This document shows positions 15,846 through 20,000 of a DNA stretch of 20,000 nt, one piece after another (position 1 is the first letter of the stretch; each line of letters opens with the position of its first letter). Made by a program: the position numbers and the translations under genes. The notes under the pieces are model-generated. The model was not told the DNA's origin, ran no database searches, and was given only the letters and a program-made list of their open reading frames with translations. Source of the DNA: an uncultured virus (IMG/VR IMGVR_UViG_3300005343_000007) (Duplodnaviria; Heunggongvirae; Uroviricota; Caudoviricetes); the IMG/VR virus record IMGVR_UViG_3300005343_000007; one strand, written 5' to 3'.

Positions 15846-16120
15846 TTCTCGACCTTCTTTCTAAGCTTGTTGTTCTCGTGGCAAACAATCTGAAACCTTT
15901 TCCTAGCCTCCCTCATTTCTTCATATAGTACCTCGTTCTGCTGCCTTATTTTAAGCCAAGCCTTATGATAAGTGAAAACGCTAGCCAATGCTTCCGCCTT
16001 TGTCATCTTGGGGCATGGAACGGATTCTGACATTGTTTTATCGGGGTAGGTAAAACCGTGCCTTCCGTTTATTCCTCCGCACAGATCGCATGGGGTATAA
16101 GCTAAAGCGTATTTATTCAT
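15827..16120 (-). CDS. Hypothetical protein with a CxxC...H...C motif and a C-terminal coiled coil
   Basis: Start MNKYALA at 16120 by ATGA coupling; CDLCGGINGRH...CP. Confidence 0.55.
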   Translation of the reverse strand: MNKYALAYTPCDLCGGINGRHGFTYPDKTMSESVPCPKMTKAEALASVFTYHKAWLKIRQQNEVLYEEMREARKRFQIVCHENNKLRKKVEKCKNKP

Positions 16121-16323
16121 TTGGGTTCGTGGTGAATACATCCAAACTTCGGGCCGGTCGCCAGCGTTCCCGCGTTGTACGGCTCTCCATTTGCCACCGC
16201 TGCCGCACCATCTTCCTCTGTTTCATTGTAGGGACTAGCGCACTCCCCATGATTCCTTCCGCTGTCCATTTCCCATATGCGCTTAGGTGCTTTCCACCAT
16301 TTACAGGTATCGCAAGTATTCAT
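16117..16323 (-). CDS. Small Cys-rich (CxxC...C...C) putative metal-binding protein
   Basis: MNTCDTCKWW...GEC...FGCIHHE; ATGA-coupled at both ends. Confidence 0.7.
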   Translation of the reverse strand: MNTCDTCKWWKAPKRIWEMDSGRNHGECASPYNETEEDGAAAVANGEPYNAGTLATGPKFGCIHHEPK

Positions 16324-17042
16324 GCGCAAATCCTTTCCCATTCCGCCCTGACTTGCGGCGTAAGTCCTCCCCATGAGTAGGCTTGTCGGATCGGGCGAGG
16401 GTAGCCGTCATCTGGTCCGCAATCTATGATTGCATAACTCTGCGGCTCAAAGTTTAGGGCGTGATTTCCGAGGGCGTTGAATTCGCTAAAGCTGGGTTGA
16501 TTCAAAATATACTGGTTCGCGTCCACGCCGTGCATTTGCTGTATGCGCCGCCGAAAGCGTTGCAGGGTTTCGCGGTGATAGATCAGCGGGTGACAGCACA
16601 TCGTCTCGTACTTGGTGTGTATGCCTAGCGCATCCTCCGTGGGCTTGCGCCAGCAGATCGCTTCTCCGGCTTCTTCCCATGTTCGCCGTAGCAGCATCGG
16701 CTTGCCATCCCTGAATAGTTCTGAGGCGTGAAACTCTCGATCCAACACGCAATCGGAGTCGATATACATGATGAAGCTAGGAGCCGTCCACACGTCAGCG
16801 GAAACCTTGCAGCATTGTTGCCATAAATAGCCTGGATTGTGCTCATCCCTCTTTAGGGCGGTAAGATTGATTCTGCCCGTCCAATATCTAGGCTCCCTGC
16901 CGCCTTCATCCATCCAATCAAGATCGGGAGAAACCACCACCATATCACTAAATCCCTTGGCGTATTTCTCCACGGATCGAAGCATATAATCCAGCCATTC
17001 GTAATCTGCTGGATAGGTCTTGCAGAAGATCGCGACCCTCAC
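16320..17042 (-). CDS. GT-A fold glycosyltransferase-like protein (DUF6492-like)
   Basis: LRSVEKYA, GYLWQQCCK, YIDSD (DxD) and FSEFNALG motifs. Confidence 0.7.
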   Translation of the reverse strand: MRVAIFCKTYPADYEWLDYMLRSVEKYAKGFSDMVVVSPDLDWMDEGGREPRYWTGRINLTALKRDEHNPGYLWQQCCKVSADVWTAPSFIMYIDSDCVLDREFHASELFRDGKPMLLRRTWEEAGEAICWRKPTEDALGIHTKYETMCCHPLIYHRETLQRFRRRIQQMHGVDANQYILNQPSFSEFNALGNHALNFEPQSYAIIDCGPDDGYPRPIRQAYSWGGLTPQVRAEWERICA

Positions 17043-17281
17043 GGCTTGTATCCTTTCAGTAGCTTCTCGAATCCCTCTTCCAGCGCGATTGATTCGTGGA
17101 TGTAGATTATTTCCTGAAACCTTCCTATCACAAACCGCTCGCCCCGATAGCGGGATTCCTTCGCGCCGCGTTCGGTGGTTTCATAAACTCCCACCGTTGG
17201 CAACCCTCCGGCGCGAATCCAATCCCCGTCTCGCGGTCCTCCGATGAAGAGGCTTTTCGGTTTGCTGGCGTCGGCGCTCAT
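17039..17281 (-). CDS. Small hypothetical phage protein (FIGGP-x-DG motif)
   Basis: Translationally coupled at both ends; LFIGGPRDG. Confidence 0.65.
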   Translation of the reverse strand: MSADASKPKSLFIGGPRDGDWIRAGGLPTVGVYETTERGAKESRYRGERFVIGRFQEIIYIHESIALEEGFEKLLKGYKP

Positions 17282-17454
17282 GGCTTGGATGTGGTCGCTT
17301 TCTCTATAATCGCTACCGATGCGCGTATCGCTTCTACGTCCTTACTTATTCTGGGAGCCAAACGCCAGCAAGTGGCAATGATGGAACAGCAAGCTAGAAT
17401 AATTACGAGGATTACAAGGCTATGAAGAATTTCACTGAGTGGCGGCTCGCTCAT
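17278..17454 (-). CDS. 58-aa single-pass membrane protein (absent from the ORF track)
   Basis: Translated by hand: MSEPPLSEILHSLVILVIILACCSIIATCWRLAPRISKDVEAIRASVAIIEKATTSKP. AAGGAAGG lies upstream, and the stop overlaps the next ATG (ATGA). Confidence 0.7.
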   Translation of the reverse strand: MSEPPLSEILHSLVILVIILACCSIIATCWRLAPRISKDVEAIRASVAIIEKATTSKP

Positions 17455-17466
17455 GGTCCCTTCCTT

Positions 17467-18201
17467 TTATATCCCATCGTTGGAATTGACAAGCAGTAAT
17501 TCGCGCGCCGAATCGATATTCCGCGCGTCCTTCAGTCCATGTAATAAGGCTGGGATTTCGCCATTCTTGCGCACGCACGCCAGTTGCTTCGGGCTGTAGT
17601 GGTTTCGGTCTGCGTAAAATTGCGTGATTAGGTTCGTGTCCTTGCCGATTTCCAGAAATAACCCACGGTGCTCCATATCCCAGCTTGTGGCACTTCGGCA
17701 GGTTTCGGGGTGGTCGCGGATCATGGTAGCGGAAAAGATCGCGTTGCCGTTGATGTGCTTCGATTCTCCTTCCCCGTGGACGTGCCCCAAGACTTGATAG
17801 CCTTCCTCGCGGGCGCTGTTCCATTCCTTTTGCAAGGCGGTAATCCAATCGACGCGCAACACCACGCAATCCGCCTCGAAGGTCAAAACCCCGTCCCAAT
17901 CAGCCTTTCCTTCGCGCACCATATCTCCCACCTGCAACATACAATCTTGCCACAAGTCGCCCGGCCCATGCGGCCAGCCGGTGCCGTGGCGGTTGCAGCG
18001 AAAAAGGCGTGTGGTGAATTTCTCCGAGGCTACTTCCAGCCATCGCTTGCAATCGTCCTTGCTTACGTCTCGGCGGTGAAAGAGGGCAAAGTCTACATCC
18101 TGGCGGAATTGCGGCTCTAGGTCACAGACAAGTTCCGTCAACTTCGTGGTTGCGATCACGTCCCCCGGCCAAGTCTGGATTGCGAGGAGTAGCTTCCTCA
18201 T
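17467..18201 (-). CDS. Putative GT-A fold glycosyltransferase-like protein
   Basis: Rossmann-like start (KLLLAIQTW), GWPHGP, VLTFEADCV (ExD at the DxD position), HINGNAIF and SWD motifs. Confidence 0.6.
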   Translation of the reverse strand: MRKLLLAIQTWPGDVIATTKLTELVCDLEPQFRQDVDFALFHRRDVSKDDCKRWLEVASEKFTTRLFRCNRHGTGWPHGPGDLWQDCMLQVGDMVREGKADWDGVLTFEADCVVLRVDWITALQKEWNSAREEGYQVLGHVHGEGESKHINGNAIFSATMIRDHPETCRSATSWDMEHRGLFLEIGKDTNLITQFYADRNHYSPKQLACVRKNGEIPALLHGLKDARNIDSARELLLVNSNDGI

Positions 18202-18202
18202 T

Positions 18203-18406
18203 TTAGTCGCAAATGGTATCGGAAATCACTTCGCGAGGAGTAATGAATTCAGTGAATACGCCTTGCGGAACGGCCCTCCATTCGGTCCACGTTTCATTGC
18301 CTTCTCTGCAAATCCAAAGCTGCTCTAGTATCCCCGCGTCTGCCTCGGAGTATGGAAAGTTAAGCCGAAGTTGGCAGGTTGGGTTCTCTTCTGAATGGGG
18401 GTGCAT
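18203..18406 (-). CDS. Small hypothetical protein (LEQLW...TEWRAVP)
   Basis: The ATG at 18406 overlaps the end of palindrome copy 7; the ORF fills the operon gap. Confidence 0.6.
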   Translation of the reverse strand: MHPHSEENPTCQLRLNFPYSEADAGILEQLWICREGNETWTEWRAVPQGVFTEFITPREVISDTICD

Positions 18407-18427
18407 AATTGACAAATTTGCTAATTA
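18406..18427. promoter_or_regulatory. 22-bp junction palindrome, copy 7 (TAATTGACAAATTTGCTAATTA)
   Basis: Exact consensus; 7 nt from the stop of 18435..19484. Confidence 0.85.
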
Positions 18428-18434
18428 TCAAGAA

Positions 18435-19484
18435 TCACCACCAGCAATGACTGCCCAAGTGCCCGATGGGCAAACCAGCGTCCAGCCACGATTGATGCCC
18501 TGCCTCTGCGGCCATCTTGCCGAAAAACATATCCTCTCCGCTCACGTTCGCCTTGTGTCCGAAGAAATCGTATTCCTCGCCTTCTTTCGGGGCGGCGTGC
18601 TGCGGGAACTTCGACATAATATCCATGTAAACCGAGCGGTGAATAAGCGCGCACCCGGTCGCCACCCATCCCACGGGAAGCAGTTCGTCAAAGTAGCCCT
18701 TGTCCAATCGCTCGATCACGCTGCGATCCGATTCCTTCATGGGATTGATGTGAGGCTGGATGCACCATCCGTCTCCCTCCCCTCGGCGCTTGTACGGTCC
18801 TCCCACGATGGTCTTTCCGTGGCTTATAAGCCTCTCCACGGCGTTTAAGGCCGCTCGCTGGGGTGGAACCCTGTCCGCGCCCTTCATGCGGATGCCGATG
18901 AATCCGGGTTCACCAAACGGGAGGATATTGTCCGAGTCCATCCATAGACTCCATTCCGCCTCGCTGGCAAGGAAGCGGTGCGCCAGCATATTGCGGGCTT
19001 TCTGGATGATGGTCCGGTTAACGTAGTCGTAGCCAAGCCACGGATTCTTGCGAATCAAGGCCACGATGTTGAAATGCACGTTGGGGTTGATGTCCCGATT
19101 GAAGGGGGTTAGCAGCACCACCTTGCGGCTCCATTTGCCATCTAAAACCGCCTGCAATATGTCGCTGGCGCTGGCGTCCTCTGCAATGCGCAGCTTGGGC
19201 TTCAATGCGGTGATTTGGTCGGTGATCGTGTTGACGAATTCCTTGCACGTCCTCAGTTCGTCGCCTTCGGTTTCGCTCCGATCGAGGGCATCTTGGGCAC
19301 TCGTGTCAATCTGGATTGCGGCCTCTGCCTCCAAGAGCAAGTCCGCGTGTTTCAATCCTGGCTTCTTCTTGCCGTCATTGCGCTGCCATGCGCGGATGGT
19401 TAGCACGCTTTCTCCAAAGAAATCAGCGGCGGCTTGCGATCCTAGTTCCTCGCACTTGGCAAGGATGCGTTCGTGGATAGTCAT
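18435..19484 (-). CDS. N-terminal Cro/XRE-like HTH fused to a GT-A (GT2-like) glycosyltransferase
   Basis: N-terminus LGSQAAADFFGESVLTIRAWQRN...P. C-terminal domain has IQKARN, WSLWMDSD (DxD), VATGCALIHRSV, SGEDMFF and DAGLPIGHLG. Confidence 0.75.
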   Translation of the reverse strand: MTIHERILAKCEELGSQAAADFFGESVLTIRAWQRNDGKKKPGLKHADLLLEAEAAIQIDTSAQDALDRSETEGDELRTCKEFVNTITDQITALKPKLRIAEDASASDILQAVLDGKWSRKVVLLTPFNRDINPNVHFNIVALIRKNPWLGYDYVNRTIIQKARNMLAHRFLASEAEWSLWMDSDNILPFGEPGFIGIRMKGADRVPPQRAALNAVERLISHGKTIVGGPYKRRGEGDGWCIQPHINPMKESDRSVIERLDKGYFDELLPVGWVATGCALIHRSVYMDIMSKFPQHAAPKEGEEYDFFGHKANVSGEDMFFGKMAAEAGHQSWLDAGLPIGHLGSHCWW

Positions 19485-19657
19485 ACGATTTCAAAGCCGA
19501 AAATTCTCAATTGCTCCGTTGTCATTTCTTCGGGCCATGAATCCGGCCAATCCAAAATTGCGATGTCGTTTCCCTCAGTATCTTGGACGGCCAAATACCA
19601 GCCATCTCCCGTATGGTGCGCGATCAGCTTGCATCCCTCTGGAATTTCGTTGCTCAT
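19481..19657 (-). CDS. Small hypothetical protein (58 aa)
   Basis: Start MSNEIPEG, 13 nt from palindrome copy 8; ATGA-coupled to the HTH-glycosyltransferase gene. Confidence 0.6.
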   Translation of the reverse strand: MSNEIPEGCKLIAHHTGDGWYLAVQDTEGNDIAILDWPDSWPEEMTTEQLRIFGFEIV

Positions 19658-19670
19658 GGATTTGTGTGTT

Positions 19671-19692
19671 AAATTGACAAATTTGCTAATTA
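19671..19692. promoter_or_regulatory. 22-bp junction palindrome, copy 8 (AAATTGACAAATTTGCTAATTA)
   Basis: One mismatch to consensus; abuts the TGA stop at 19693. Confidence 0.85.
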
Positions 19693-20000
19693 TCAGTCCA
19701 TCCCCGCTTCTTTCCACGCCTGATCCAAATCAATCGGGCCTTCGGAGTGATCGAGTTTCTTTTTGCCCGCTTCCTTGCCTACCGCGATACTCTGGCGATG
19801 GGTGTTGCGGGCTGCTTGGTTGCGCTTGGCGGCGTCCTCTTCTAGCTGTGCGATTCGTTCGTCCCGCGCCTTTAGCTCTTTCTTCTGTTGCTCAACTGTG
19901 CTCATCAATTCGTCGGCATGAAAGGCTTTGAAGGTGATATTGGCGACGGTCTTTGGATCGAGGGCGGCGAGCTTGTCCACGGTCTGCCCGAATTCCTGGC
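19693..20000 (-). CDS. C-terminal part of a coiled-coil protein, possibly capsid scaffold (5'-truncated by the window)
   Basis: The frame is open to the window edge. It has a coiled coil (EQQKKELKARDERIAQLEE), a flexible linker and a short terminal helix (IDLDQAWKEAG), resembling scaffold C-termini. Confidence 0.45.
   Translation of the reverse strand, partial: QEFGQTVDKLAALDPKTVANITFKAFHADELMSTVEQQKKELKARDERIAQLEEDAAKRNQAARNTHRQSIAVGKEAGKKKLDHSEGPIDLDQAWKEAGMD

Noticed and set aside
2364..19692. Palindromic repeat interpreted as a CRISPR array, Fur box or dif/Xer site
   Set aside because: The copies are kilobases apart, so this is not an array. The GATAAT...ATTATC ends are spaced over 26 bp rather than the 19 bp of a Fur box. 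The arms do not resemble XerC/XerD consensus sites and the central hexamer is symmetric.
18213..19931. Long plus-strand ORFs (18213..18848, 19048..19677, 19473..19931) and similar ORFs elsewhere
   Set aside because: They are antisense to well-supported, translationally coupled minus-strand genes, as expected by chance in GC-rich coding DNA.
1..20000. Host or taxonomic assignment
   Set aside because: No marker in the window supports an assignment without a database search.

Overview
This window is part of the virion-morphogenesis and lysis region of a tailed dsDNA phage or prophage, probably short-tailed (podovirus-like). Almost all genes are on the minus strand. Read in the transcription direction (right to left), it encodes: a truncated coiled-coil scaffold-like protein; a glycan-modification cluster (an HTH-fused GT-A glycosyltransferase, two more GT-A-like proteins, a NodZ/FUT8-like fucosyltransferase and an FkbM methyltransferase, interleaved with small ORFs); the probable major capsid protein behind a structured leader; two free-standing homing endonucleases (GIY-YIG and HNH); spike and fibre proteins; an unusual lysis-like cassette (intact stand-alone response-regulator receiver domain, two small membrane proteins and a GH75 chitosanase-like hydrolase); an internally duplicated head-tail adaptor-like protein; and a nozzle-like protein. 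The clearest non-coding signal is a 22-bp AT-rich quasi-palindrome, consensus TAATTGACAAATTTGCTAATTA(T), found 8 times and always at gene junctions. All family assignments come from motif recognition by eye; no database search was run.
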